A DNA stretch of 64,000 nucleotides. Origin: a virus. Lineage: Duplodnaviria > Caudoviricetes. The translations under genes were made by a program, and so were the position numbers. Every line of letters begins with the position of its first letter. The stretch's first letter is position 1. Below, piece after piece: positions 7,490 to 17,317 of the stretch. The notes beneath the pieces are model-generated. The model made no database searches. It had not been told where the DNA came from and worked only from the letters and a program-made list of their open reading frames with translations. The DNA is taken from IMG/VR virus record IMGVR_UViG_3300028886_000041; one strand, written 5' to 3'.

Positions 7490-7698
7490 GATATTCTCCT
7501 TTTTAATTTAAATGCATAATTGGTTGATTATTTATAAATCATTTCATGTTGTTTATATTTCATATCCTCGGATATTTTATCTAATTCTTTTTGTCTCTGA
7601 TTGAAATTTATATATTCATCTTCATATATTTTATTTCTCTTTCTTGTTTTTGCAAGGACAAGATTCAGCATGAATTTTCTCTTTAGCTTGTTGATAGG

Positions 7699-8088
7699 TC
7701 ATTGCAATTTTTGAAGAAAAACTTTTAGTTTATTTACCAAGTAGTTAACGCATTCTTCTAGGCTTTCCACTTGATCCTGCAGCGATTTAGCCTGTAAAGT
7801 TAGATAATTTTGTTTATTCTTAGGCAATGCTATGCAAGTGTTCTTCCAACTAGTAGAATCGAATTTTAATGATCCAATAAACCAATAGCGGTCATGTCCT
7901 TTCTTTACGCTAGGTTTCCAACAACGATCCGTGTGGTCTATAATTGGTTTACTTTCGAAAACACATACACCTCCATTGTGATCTACTGTAATATATCTCC
8001 AGTCTTCGTATTCGAAGCAGCCTTTGGGTCTACGATCATAAACCTGCATTATTTTATATTTTAATTGTTTTGTTAACTTTCTGCTCAT
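7699..8088 (-). CDS. hypothetical phage protein
   Basis: 129 aa; WRYITVDHNG...FESKP small phage-protein motif. Confidence 0.7.
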   Translation of the reverse strand: MSRKLTKQLKYKIMQVYDRRPKGCFEYEDWRYITVDHNGGVCVFESKPIIDHTDRCWKPSVKKGHDRYWFIGSLKFDSTSWKNTCIALPKNKQNYLTLQAKSLQDQVESLEECVNYLVNKLKVFLQKLQ

Positions 8089-8195
8089 GCTATTTTTATC
8101 AATTGTTGCATATTTATATTTTGAAATTTGAGTAATATGCTATGCGTTTTTAAGCATATTTAATACCATAGTTTTAAACTCTTCTTTTGATATTT

Positions 8196-8435
8196 TCATT
8201 TGTTTTTTCCTTTCTTTAATTTTTCAAGAATTCTTTCAACTGGGTAATCAGAGTATAACCATTTAAATGTTTTGCCATTCTTGAGGACAACAATTGTTGA
8301 AACTAAATCAATAGTAATTGGCCAGCTTCCAGTGCTTTCAGTTTTGCTATACACAGCAGCAACTGTAGAAGGTTTTATATGAACACCACCAATTTCAACA
8401 AACTCTTCTTCACTATCAGCTTTCAATTCACTCAT
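8196..8435 (-). CDS. hypothetical protein, single copy of the 8428-9279 repeat domain
   Basis: DSEEEFVEIGGVHIKPSTVAAVY...ILEKLKKG. Confidence 0.75.
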   Translation of the reverse strand: MSELKADSEEEFVEIGGVHIKPSTVAAVYSKTESTGSWPITIDLVSTIVVLKNGKTFKWLYSDYPVERILEKLKKGKNK

Positions 8436-9279
8436 GACAGCCTTTCTTTAATTTTTCAAGAATTTCATCAGCTGTATACCGACTTGCTGGAAATATAACT
8501 TTACCACCATATTTAAGTGTTACACATATTGCATTATGTTCATAGTTTGTATCTGCATATATAGCTACTGCATATTCTGGTCTTATATATGCTGTCATAT
8601 ATGTATTTCCAATCTTGATAAAACTTTCTTTGTTTTTCTCTAAGAAATCAAAAACATCAGCAGCAAATGCATGCTTTGTTTTAATTTCTTGGCCTCCTTT
8701 CAATAGAATTTTGATACAAGGATATTCAAAAACCTCTTCGTATATAGCAACTACAGCTGAAGGTTTTATATAATTATTGTTGATTTTAACAAATTCTTCT
8801 TCGGTGGAATCTGGTGAATATTTCACAGCTTTCTGAATTTGTTCTTCCGACAATTCAGCTCCTTCAATATCTTTCAATTCAGAAACATATTTGGTTTTAT
8901 TATTAGGTTTATAAATTTTATATGCAAATTCTAGCGCTCTTTCTTCTCTAAGCTCTTTATCTAAACGCTCAAAAATTTCTTTAGCTTCTTGTACTAACTC
9001 TTGTGCAAATTTTTGCGACGGCTGTGCCCAAACTGTTTCTACAAAGCTAATATTATATATACTATCCTTATAAGAAAATACCATTTTATAACAATTATTT
9101 ACTAGATGCTTAATGCCGAAATATGCATCTCCATTAAAATCGAAATGTTTGTAAGAATAGTCTTTTATATATGTACTTGCGGCATAAGCTTCTATTTCTT
9201 TCAAACAATCCAAAAAACCATCTATAGTGGCAAATTTAGATAATATCTTTTTTAAGTCTGTTTCGTTTTGTTTTGTCAT
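8428..9279 (-). CDS. modular hypothetical protein
   Basis: N-half paralogous to 16439-16945; C-half has two copies of the 8196-8435 domain. Confidence 0.8.
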   Translation of the reverse strand: MTKQNETDLKKILSKFATIDGFLDCLKEIEAYAASTYIKDYSYKHFDFNGDAYFGIKHLVNNCYKMVFSYKDSIYNISFVETVWAQPSQKFAQELVQEAKEIFERLDKELREERALEFAYKIYKPNNKTKYVSELKDIEGAELSEEQIQKAVKYSPDSTEEEFVKINNNYIKPSAVVAIYEEVFEYPCIKILLKGGQEIKTKHAFAADVFDFLEKNKESFIKIGNTYMTAYIRPEYAVAIYADTNYEHNAICVTLKYGGKVIFPASRYTADEILEKLKKGCHE

Positions 9280-9316
9280 TTGTAAATTATTTTTTGATTT
9301 GATATAAGAGAGTTAT

Positions 9317-9544
9317 TTATTTTAAATAAATAGCATCTGCGTAATACCATAAATCGCGTATTTTATTTTGAATATCATCAATAGTATTATTTCTATCCTC
9401 GATCTCTTCTTCTAATTCGCGAATATTTTGTTCTTTATCTTTTAATTCATTTTCCAAATTATAAATTTGATTTTCTAAATCACTAATTTGATGTTCGAGA
9501 TCATCAATTTTAGATCGCAATTCTTCTATTTCTAAATCGTTCAT
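9317..9544 (-). CDS. coiled-coil protein
   Basis: Heptad repeats IDDLEHQISDLENQIYNLENE; ATG 6 nt after promoter. Confidence 0.75.
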   Translation of the reverse strand: MNDLEIEELRSKIDDLEHQISDLENQIYNLENELKDKEQNIRELEEEIEDRNNTIDDIQNKIRDLWYYADAIYLK

Positions 9545-9550
9545 TATTGT

Positions 9551-9567
9551 ATTATAAAAGAGAGTTA
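9551..9567 (-). promoter_or_regulatory. TAACTC-N5-TATAAT promoter
   Basis: TAACTC TCTTT TATAAT, 6 nt before ATG 9544. Confidence 0.75.
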
Positions 9568-9588
9568 AAATTAATTTTAACTCTCTTT
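9557..9588. repeat. perfect 32-bp palindrome
   Basis: AAAGAGAGTTAAAATTAATTTTAACTCTCTTT equals its own reverse complement. Confidence 0.95.
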
Positions 9589-9801
9589 AAATTTGCGGAT
9601 TTTTTCAACAATGCCTTGATATACAATAATTAAAATATCTAATTCGGCATTTGTACATTTTTCTAAATCAGGAAGTGATAAATTAGCTCCTGCTATTGCT
9701 TTTAAAATATAATCAGGAAGTTCAGGTGGCCAATTATCACCTGCTCTGATTATTTGTTCGTAATTTTTTTCGCTTTTTGATTTTTGATTTTCGTTTTTCA
9801 T
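9577..9801 (-). CDS. hypothetical protein
   Basis: 74-aa ORF coupled to upstream gene. Confidence 0.65.
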   Translation of the reverse strand: MKNENQKSKSEKNYEQIIRAGDNWPPELPDYILKAIAGANLSLPDLEKCTNAELDILIIVYQGIVEKIRKFKES

Positions 9802-10274
9802 TTTTTTATTGATTTTACTATAATCATTGCACTTAAAACACTAGAGGCCAAGAAAATAGAAAAGTATAAATGAGGGAGAGGTTGCCCGGAAGGAGTATAT
9901 GGTTTATCAATAATAGTTACAGAAAAACTTATACCACCATTACCATTGCCACCTATTTTATACAATTGAATACCATTTTCTGTTTTAGAAGTAGTCATCT
10001 TTAAAACAGTACCATTCTTTTTCTGTTTAACAAATCTTACTTCGTCACCTTCTTTAAATTCTAAAGCTTTCTTTAAATCTTCTTCGGTAAGTAAAAAGAA
10101 AGTTTTATCATTATTAAGATAATATCCAAAGCCGGTGGTATCACCAGATACAGTCAATCCAACTGTTGTATCACTATCAAAAATAATAGCATGTTTACCG
10201 TTATTAAAGGTAAATGAAGCAAAACAATTAAGTGTTGCTAATAAGATAAAAATAAAAAATAGTTTGTTCTTCAT
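9798..10274 (-). CDS. exported protein with C-terminal PSGQPLP-TM-basic sorting-like signal
   Basis: Signal peptide MKNKLFFIFILLATLNCFA; C-terminus PSGQPLP, hydrophobic helix, KSIKK. Confidence 0.7.
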   Translation of the reverse strand: MKNKLFFIFILLATLNCFASFTFNNGKHAIIFDSDTTVGLTVSGDTTGFGYYLNNDKTFFLLTEEDLKKALEFKEGDEVRFVKQKKNGTVLKMTTSKTENGIQLYKIGGNGNGGISFSVTIIDKPYTPSGQPLPHLYFSIFLASSVLSAMIIVKSIKK

Positions 10275-10282
10275 GTAAAAAT

Positions 10283-10963
10283 TTATTTGTTTTTCTCTTT
10301 TATATTAAGATACAAAAGTTTAATCAACTCATCTGCAATTTTAGCGCAGCATTCATTAGCCTCAAACCATGTTTTTTCAAAATATCCTATAAAAATTTTA
10401 TTATAAATTGATTCTGTATATCCAAACCAATGCAAAAGCATTTGAAGCCGCTGCACCGCGCTATATTCCATGAGGGGCTTAAAAATTTTCCAATTAATTA
10501 GCGTATTTTTAAAGTCTTCAAAATTTTTGCTATCTTTTACCATTTTCTCTACATCTGAAAGTAAAGACAAATCTAGATTGCTTTTGTTCCATTGTTTGAT
10601 AGCTTCTTCCATAGTATCAAACATTAAATTTTTTTCAAGTTTACTTTTAAGATATACATTATTTTCTTCCTCATCATCATCCAGATAAAACGAACTAGGA
10701 CAAGTACAATAAAATTTTCCTGTTGCTTTACTTATTCTTAATTCTGGTAAACACCAGCATTCACTACAATGAATAATAGATTTATTCAATAACCCTGCCT
10801 CATAATATTCTAATTCATCTTTTTCTTCTGGATCATACCAAGAAACATGATCAATAGTCACTGGTTCATTGTTTGACATGTAAATCTTATGCTGACGTTT
10901 TGTTTCATCAACATATGACCAAATAAGTTTCCAATCTTTAGAATTTTCTGGTTTGATAAGCAT
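10283..10963 (-). CDS. hypothetical protein (Cys-rich, Lar-like EEAIKQWN motif)
   Basis: CSECWC...YCTC...TMEEAIKQWN. Confidence 0.7.
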   Translation of the reverse strand: MLIKPENSKDWKLIWSYVDETKRQHKIYMSNNEPVTIDHVSWYDPEEKDELEYYEAGLLNKSIIHCSECWCLPELRISKATGKFYCTCPSSFYLDDDEEENNVYLKSKLEKNLMFDTMEEAIKQWNKSNLDLSLLSDVEKMVKDSKNFEDFKNTLINWKIFKPLMEYSAVQRLQMLLHWFGYTESIYNKIFIGYFEKTWFEANECCAKIADELIKLLYLNIKEKNK

Positions 10964-10964
10964 T

Positions 10965-11240
10965 TTATTTTCTAATTTGTTGACATAAAGATTCTAATTT
11001 CTTTATATCTTCTAATTTAATTTCAAATTCATCATATCCACAATGAGTATATTCATTTTTAAAAATATATCTTAAAGCATTTTTAATTCGTTTCCAAAAT
11101 GAATTATACGGCTTAAGATAAACTTCAAAAGATAAACCATCTTCGCAAATATGCCATCTTAAACTATGATAAGGCGAATTACACCAACATTCTGTATATA
11201 ATACTGGCTTGGTATTTTCGGGTATTTTAATTGTTTCCAT
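10965..11240 (-). CDS. hypothetical phage protein
   Basis: ECWCNSPYH...FWKRIKNALRYIF. Confidence 0.7.
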   Translation of the reverse strand: METIKIPENTKPVLYTECWCNSPYHSLRWHICEDGLSFEVYLKPYNSFWKRIKNALRYIFKNEYTHCGYDEFEIKLEDIKKLESLCQQIRK

Positions 11241-12448
11241 TATGATGCTTTGAAATTATAAAAAGGTTTTAAATGTTTAATAATATCTGCTGTTTCTTTA
11301 ATTGATTCAGCGATAAATTCTGGATTTTTATATGCCATAGGGGATTCATCAAGAGTACTTTCTTTAACACAGCTTGACCAAACACCTTCCATACTATTTT
11401 TAAAGTCTTCCATATTTAATTCTTTTTTAGCAGAAGTGCGTGACCCGATACGGCCAGCGCCGTGAGGTGCGGAATAATTCCAATCGGGATTACCTTTACC
11501 AATACATATATATGTTCCAGCAGCCATATTCATAGGAAGTAAAAAGATTTCATTTTCTTTTGCAGAAACTGCACCTTTTCTAATGACATATTTATCACTA
11601 TCAATAATTTCTACATAGTTATGCATTGTTGAAATAGAATTTCCTTCAATACTTAAATGAGATTTATTCCATCCCATATTATCAAAAATTGTATTGAAAA
11701 TAGCATAATGGTTCCAACTAGCATACGTCTGAGCAATAGACATATAAGAAAGATAATTAGTTGCATCTACTCCATCCAAATACATATAATCTTTTTTGAT
11801 GTCTTCAATAAAAAATTGCTTTATATAAGCTTCTCGTTTAGAAGGTTCTATTGCTTCTAGTTCAGATTTTTTAACTTGCTCATTGCGTTCTTTATATCTA
11901 GCTTCTGCTAATTGTTGAAAATGTTCACATATCTTATATCCGAAATGTCTAGAACCACAATGGATAAGCAAATATTTTTCATCTTCATTGCCTTCTACTG
12001 ATATAAAGTGATTACCACCACCTAGTGTTCCTATAGAATTTTTAAAATGTTCTACTTTATCTAAACATTCATCTGGGGTAAATTCTTCAACAATATCAAA
12101 TACATCTTCCGAAATATAAGATGACTTTGTTTTTCTTATAGAATTGCCTGATGGAACATTGTTTCTTATAACATTATCTAATTTTGCATAATCGATATCA
12201 TTTACAGGAATTTTATAAGCAGATACCATACAACCAATATCTACACCGATTGTATTAGGTATAACCATGCCATTATCAACTATTGCTGTAAAACCAATAC
12301 AAGATGCTTTACCAGCATGAGCATCTGGCATAATTTTAATAATAGCATTATTTAATGCTTTTTGTGATGCAATTTCATTTGCTTGATTATATGTTTCTTC
12401 GTCAAACAAAATAGAATCACCTTTAAATTGTAAACATTTAGCTGGCAT
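11240..12448 (-). CDS. rtcB: RtcB-family RNA ligase
   Basis: MPDAHAG, GVDIGC, GTLGGGNHF, HCGSR, HNY, RKGA, SAPHGAGR, DESPMAYK. Confidence 0.96.
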   Translation of the reverse strand: MPAKCLQFKGDSILFDEETYNQANEIASQKALNNAIIKIMPDAHAGKASCIGFTAIVDNGMVIPNTIGVDIGCMVSAYKIPVNDIDYAKLDNVIRNNVPSGNSIRKTKSSYISEDVFDIVEEFTPDECLDKVEHFKNSIGTLGGGNHFISVEGNEDEKYLLIHCGSRHFGYKICEHFQQLAEARYKERNEQVKKSELEAIEPSKREAYIKQFFIEDIKKDYMYLDGVDATNYLSYMSIAQTYASWNHYAIFNTIFDNMGWNKSHLSIEGNSISTMHNYVEIIDSDKYVIRKGAVSAKENEIFLLPMNMAAGTYICIGKGNPDWNYSAPHGAGRIGSRTSAKKELNMEDFKNSMEGVWSSCVKESTLDESPMAYKNPEFIAESIKETADIIKHLKPFYNFKAS

Positions 12449-12761
12449 GTCTTTCCAATTTCTTTAGTAATGAAACTGCTTCGTTAAACGAATTTTTATA
12501 TATTTTTTTATATTCAATTAAAATTCCAATTGCACCAATTAATTCAAAAAACGAAGCTATCGCTGCTCCGATATTAACAAAAGAAACCCAAGTAACTGGG
12601 CGATTATAAATGATATTAGTCATTAATATGATTAATATCATTATCATATATCCGATTGATAAAATTGCCTTTTGTATACGAGTAGATGCATCCCTGAAAA
12701 GGGCTGATTGAGCTTCATATTGGCCTTCAATTTTAAATCGCTCTAATTCTTTTTTATTCAT
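12438..12761 (-). CDS. membrane protein
   Basis: Two TM helices; ATG 6 nt after promoter motif 12768-12784. Confidence 0.7.
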   Translation of the reverse strand: MNKKELERFKIEGQYEAQSALFRDASTRIQKAILSIGYMIMILIILMTNIIYNRPVTWVSFVNIGAAIASFFELIGAIGILIEYKKIYKNSFNEAVSLLKKLERHAS

Positions 12762-12781
12762 ATTTTAAATTTAAAGAAGAG

Positions 12782-13306
12782 TTATTTTACTCTTCTTCCT
12801 TTTACCATAACTTTTGGTAGGTAAGTTTCTGTATAATCTCCATATCCATCATAATCATAATGACATGTAGTCCATGGTATTACTTGAAAACAATTATCAT
12901 TTTTATTCCATACATAAACCTGATCACCGCAAAGATTTTTTTGACAATACTTATACCATGTTTTAAATTCATTATCATATTCTGCTAAGATCCAGGGAGA
13001 TTCAATATCGATCTTTTCACTTTTCAGATTAAAAGGAACCATTACATGTTTCTTAAAAAGATATGTATAATAAACTCCCTCTGGTTTTGTTTTATCGGGT
13101 GCAACATACACAAGAGGAATATACAATATCTCTTTGTTTGCGAATGATTTAATTTCTATCTCATTGATAGGAATAACAGTTTCAATCGGCTTGATTTGCT
13201 GATCTGAATGATCGGATTTCCTAGAAGAATCCAATACATAAATCGTGAAACATACAAAAAGAATCATGATAGTTGCATAGAGGTAATTAATTAATTTATT
13301 CATCAT
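12782..13306 (-). CDS. N-terminally anchored hypothetical protein
   Basis: N-terminal TM helix. Confidence 0.7.
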   Translation of the reverse strand: MMNKLINYLYATIMILFVCFTIYVLDSSRKSDHSDQQIKPIETVIPINEIEIKSFANKEILYIPLVYVAPDKTKPEGVYYTYLFKKHVMVPFNLKSEKIDIESPWILAEYDNEFKTWYKYCQKNLCGDQVYVWNKNDNCFQVIPWTTCHYDYDGYGDYTETYLPKVMVKGRRVK

Positions 13307-13336
13307 ATTTTTATTTTATTATTGTTTATTGAGATT

Positions 13337-13534
13337 TCAATGTTTATTAATTTTTTCGTTTAAAATTTTAAGTTGTTCGTGTATATCATCTAATGATTTC
13401 ATGATGATAGGATCATCAGAAGGTTCTATTTCATCCGAAATAACGTTTCCAATAATATCAAATGTAAGAGAAGATATCAAACCAAAAAGAGCACCAACAA
13501 CAGCCGCCCAAGATACTGTAAAGAAATGTTTCAT
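13337..13534 (-). CDS. small membrane protein
   Basis: N-terminal hydrophobic helix. Confidence 0.6.
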   Translation of the reverse strand: MKHFFTVSWAAVVGALFGLISSLTFDIIGNVISDEIEPSDDPIIMKSLDDIHEQLKILNEKINKH

Positions 13535-13827
13535 TTATTTTTATGAAAGTGTAAATTAAATTTAATATCCAAGTCCTCCAGATCTACTCCTATAACACCT
13601 TTATTTCCCTTTTCGTCGATATATTTAACATCAAAATATTTTTTACTATTACCTATAATATCTTTAATGATAATATTTTTAAGATTGATTTTATTTCCCT
13701 TATGATCAATGCCTGTGATATTTATTGTTTCATCTGCACCACAACAAAAATCAGCAGCCGCTTCGACCGAATGAAAATTACGCATTACACTATATGATAC
13801 TCTACTTACCCAATCGAATTTTCCCAT
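13531..13827 (-). CDS. hypothetical protein
   Basis: 98 aa, AAGGA upstream. Confidence 0.65.
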   Translation of the reverse strand: MGKFDWVSRVSYSVMRNFHSVEAAADFCCGADETINITGIDHKGNKINLKNIIIKDIIGNSKKYFDVKYIDEKGNKGVIGVDLEDLDIKFNLHFHKNK

Positions 13828-13869
13828 ATATTTCCTTACATTATTTGTTTATTTTTAATTTTTGTATAA

Positions 13870-14103
13870 TCATTTTTGCCTTTGTTTAAGATCTTGAATG
13901 TCTTTTTGAATATCAACCAATACCTTTTCTATATTAGTTTGGTTTTGTTGTTCTTGTTTTTCTTCTTTTATATCAAATTGAGATCCAATTAAAATTATGC
14001 CAATTATAATAGCAAAATATATACCTATTTGTACTAAAAATTCGTTATCGAGTAACCCCAAATCATCAAGATCCTCTTCTTTTGGTTTTGTATATTTGGA
14101 CAT
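13870..14103 (-). CDS. single-TM protein
   Basis: AGGAGG upstream; central TM helix. Confidence 0.7.
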   Translation of the reverse strand: MSKYTKPKEEDLDDLGLLDNEFLVQIGIYFAIIIGIILIGSQFDIKEEKQEQQNQTNIEKVLVDIQKDIQDLKQRQK

Positions 14104-14254
14104 TTTATCCTCCTATTTTTAAGTTCGTTTGATCGAAAATGCAAACACAATCCATGGCATTCTTTTTATTCAATTCAGTTCAACTTGAATCAAATAATAC
14201 TCTTTAATCGTTTTGACTGTTTTTGATAAGTACATTATCTTGTATTTTAATTAA

Positions 14255-14608
14255 TTATTTTTTACTATCATCTTTAAATAAAGATTTCAATTCATCCAAA
14301 TAATTCATTTCATCAGATGAATCATTACTGATTAAAATTTTCAATACATGATAAATATAGTAAAAACATAAGAATCCAAACAACAAAGTTGCTATCCATG
14401 CAAGACAAGGTAATGTTTCAAAAAATCCTAACTCGTATAAACAATATATACATGATGCACTAATCCAAAAAGGAGAAGCCGCAAGGGTTAAAAATATCCC
14501 AACATAAAGTAGAGATATAATTAAAACAGGAAGGACCAATAATATATTCAATAATGCTTTAGCAGTAAAATCAAATATTTTATCTATAATTTCAATTGTT
14601 TTATTCAT
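14255..14608 (-). CDS. membrane protein
   Basis: 2-3 hydrophobic helices. Confidence 0.7.
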   Translation of the reverse strand: MNKTIEIIDKIFDFTAKALLNILLVLPVLIISLLYVGIFLTLAASPFWISASCIYCLYELGFFETLPCLAWIATLLFGFLCFYYIYHVLKILISNDSSDEMNYLDELKSLFKDDSKK

Positions 14609-14930
14609 TTGTTTCTACATTAATTTTTATGTATTGTGTAATATCGATGATCGGTTCAATTCTAATTTCACAATTATAAACTAAAGTATTTCCTTCGATT
14701 TTGCTAGTAAAATTGGATATTTCCTTTCCAGTATTTATCAATTGTTTTATATTTTCTAATTTTTGAATAATTATTCCTCTTACAATTTTATCAACAAATT
14801 GTTTATCTAATTCACAAATAAATTTATCACCAACATTAAGTTTCACTCTAAAATTATTAGTATTTTTTTCAAGAGATTCTTCAAACGGCCAAGCAGTATG
14901 ATGATTAATATTATTTACTTCTTCATCCAT
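14601..14930 (-). CDS. hypothetical protein
   Basis: 109 aa, downstream of promoter motif 14959-14975. Confidence 0.65.
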   Translation of the reverse strand: MDEEVNNINHHTAWPFEESLEKNTNNFRVKLNVGDKFICELDKQFVDKIVRGIIIQKLENIKQLINTGKEISNFTSKIEGNTLVYNCEIRIEPIIDITQYIKINVETNE

Positions 14931-14986
14931 AACATTTATATTTTATTTTGTTATTTAAATTTTACAAGAGAGTTATTTAAAATATT

Positions 14987-15316
14987 TTAAATATTTAAAA
15001 TCGCTTTTTTAAAAGCATCTGCCATACTTATATATGAATACCCAAAAGATATTTCATCCATTGGTTTTTCTGTGGTGGTAATGCTACATTCAATTACTTT
15101 TTTATTGAAAGCAAAAGTGGTGTGACCGAATGATGAGGAAAAATTAAACAAATAATCTTTTAAATTATTATTTAACGATTCTCCGCGAACAGTATATGGA
15201 TGAAAGAAATCCGAATAATTTTCTAATTTTAATTGAGATAGTTCATCTTTATGTACTTCAAACCATATATCAAAATCTGTTATAGCTTCTCCGAAATTAA
15301 TTTTATTTGTGTTCAT
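14987..15316 (-). CDS. hypothetical protein
   Basis: 109-aa ORF. Confidence 0.65.
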   Translation of the reverse strand: MNTNKINFGEAITDFDIWFEVHKDELSQLKLENYSDFFHPYTVRGESLNNNLKDYLFNFSSSFGHTTFAFNKKVIECSITTTEKPMDEISFGYSYISMADAFKKAILNI

Positions 15317-15317
15317 T

Positions 15318-16430
15318 TTAATTAAATATTTGTTTTTTCTTTTCTATGAATTCTTTAAGTTCTTTTTGAATTTCTTCTTGGTTCATTACTAAAAAGTTTA
15401 AATCTTTTTTAAATTCAGTATAAGCTTTTCCTTGTTTTTCGGTAAGAGTTCGCATATCATCGCCAAAAAATTTATTAGCAAACTCTCTATCAGTATGATA
15501 AAAAGCACTAACAAATTCTGAAAAATTATAATGGTCTTGCTCTCGATCTTTAATGATACTATTTTTATAATTAAGCCAAGCTATTTCTTTTTCAATATTA
15601 TCTATTGTATAATCACCAAAGATTTTTCTCAAATATTGGTTTTGTTCATGCTTAGTTGTAGGAATATACTTAATTTCATCTTTAGATTTTTCGGGTTGGC
15701 TCTTTAGCCATTCAAAAAATCTTTTAAATACTTTGCTATCGGCTTCTCGTTTCCTATGTTTGCAATTTGCTAGGCTGCTTTTAAATACTTCGTGTGTAGC
15801 AAACGGGCAACTCCAAACAAACTTAAAAGCATCTTCTTCGGTTTTTATATTTTTATATTGATTTTCATCTAATTGGAAAAATTCAAAAACTTTATAATCA
15901 CTAAAACCATAAAGAGAATCTCTTTTAATTAAAATATCATAATTTCTAATTTTTAGACCTTCCATGCCAAAAGCTACACCCATATGTCTAGCAATAATAC
16001 CAAGTAACATTCCTATACAATATGACAAATAGAAATGTTTTATTAGCATATCATAGAAATCAGTTAAAATAAAATCTACTTGATATTTATTTTGATATAG
16101 AAAATGAACAATCGGGCCATTTGTCTTAATAATAGAATCTTCTCCAAAATATTTCTTAATACGTTCTTGGAGAGATTCACTATCGATATATAGATTTTCA
16201 GAATTTTTGCAAACAATAACATCTATGTCTCCAAAACTTTCTTTATTTGTAAATTCGTTTGGAAACATAAAATATCCTTCAGTATAGAAAATGTCATTAT
16301 CATTTTCCACTTCTCTTATCCAGTCTAAAAAGAAATCGGATATTTTTTGTCTATTATCAAAGTAAGTCTCTCTATCCATTTTTAGAGATTCTTTCCCGTT
16401 GAAATGTTCTTTAAAAACTCTACCGCCCAT
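15318..16430 (-). CDS. pol-beta-superfamily nucleotidyltransferase-like protein
   Basis: MGGRVF start, KESFGDIDVIV (GDxD), third Asp in YQVDFI. Confidence 0.7.
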   Translation of the reverse strand: MGGRVFKEHFNGKESLKMDRETYFDNRQKISDFFLDWIREVENDNDIFYTEGYFMFPNEFTNKESFGDIDVIVCKNSENLYIDSESLQERIKKYFGEDSIIKTNGPIVHFLYQNKYQVDFILTDFYDMLIKHFYLSYCIGMLLGIIARHMGVAFGMEGLKIRNYDILIKRDSLYGFSDYKVFEFFQLDENQYKNIKTEEDAFKFVWSCPFATHEVFKSSLANCKHRKREADSKVFKRFFEWLKSQPEKSKDEIKYIPTTKHEQNQYLRKIFGDYTIDNIEKEIAWLNYKNSIIKDREQDHYNFSEFVSAFYHTDREFANKFFGDDMRTLTEKQGKAYTEFKKDLNFLVMNQEEIQKELKEFIEKKKQIFN

Positions 16431-16438
16431 TATTGTTT

Positions 16439-16945
16439 TTATTTTAAGTCTTTTATAACTTTAAATATTTTAATAGCTTTTTGGATTTCTCCATCGGTTA
16501 AATCAGTATCAAATTTTACTAAATGTTTATAATCTTTGAATAATGGTTTAGTCATATCCAAAAATTCAGTTCGATTTCTTTCTTTTCTATTTTCTTCATC
16601 TAATCGTTTAAACATATCAATAGCGATTGAAATTACCATAACCTCAGTATTACATATTAATTTTCCATTTTTAACAGATGCATTTCCAAGGCATGAATTT
16701 TTATCAACTATGACATATTCTTCATTCTCATATGTAAATATTAATTTAAAATGATTATCATCCGTTCTTCGAAGTTCGAAAATTGAATTATAGGTTTCAT
16801 TAAATATAACATTTATGCCACTTCCAAAAATTAAAGGAACGTTTTTAGCATATGTTTTAATAGTATCGAGACAGGATAAGAATCCATTTATAGTAGCATA
16901 TCTAGATAATATTTCTTTTAATTCTATTTCATCTTGTTTAGTCAT
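16439..16945 (-). CDS. hypothetical protein, paralogue of the N-half of 8428-9279
   Basis: MTKQDEIELKEILSRYATINGFLSCL vs MTKQNETDLKKILSKFATIDGFLDCL. Confidence 0.75.
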   Translation of the reverse strand: MTKQDEIELKEILSRYATINGFLSCLDTIKTYAKNVPLIFGSGINVIFNETYNSIFELRRTDDNHFKLIFTYENEEYVIVDKNSCLGNASVKNGKLICNTEVMVISIAIDMFKRLDEENRKERNRTEFLDMTKPLFKDYKHLVKFDTDLTDGEIQKAIKIFKVIKDLK

Positions 16946-17008
16946 TTTGTTTTTCTTTCTTTTTTACTTTTTAATCATTTTAAAAATTATTAATTAATGT
17001 TCTCATTT

Positions 17009-17317
17009 TTATCCCGCATTATAAGAAGTACAAATCATATAAGACTGTTTTTGTTCTCTACTTTTTCCTAAAAGAATAACATCAACATTCTCTTTTCTGA
17101 AATAATAGTATTGTCGATTTTTGTCTATAATGTCTTCAAAATTAAAAGAAGAAATCTCTTTTTCATAAGTAGATTTATCTCCAAAAGCACATTGTAATGT
17201 AGAATCATAATTATGAATTGCTAATGCCTCTTCTTCATTTTTTGCATAGCAAACATATGAATCATGCTCTTCGTAATCTGGAGAATCTTTTCTTCTTACT
17301 AAATAAATATTTCTCAT
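17009..17317 (-). CDS. hypothetical phage protein
   Basis: IYLVRR..DYEEHDSYVCYAKNEEEA...ICTSYNAG. Confidence 0.7.
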   Translation of the reverse strand: MRNIYLVRRKDSPDYEEHDSYVCYAKNEEEALAIHNYDSTLQCAFGDKSTYEKEISSFNFEDIIDKNRQYYYFRKENVDVILLGKSREQKQSYMICTSYNAG

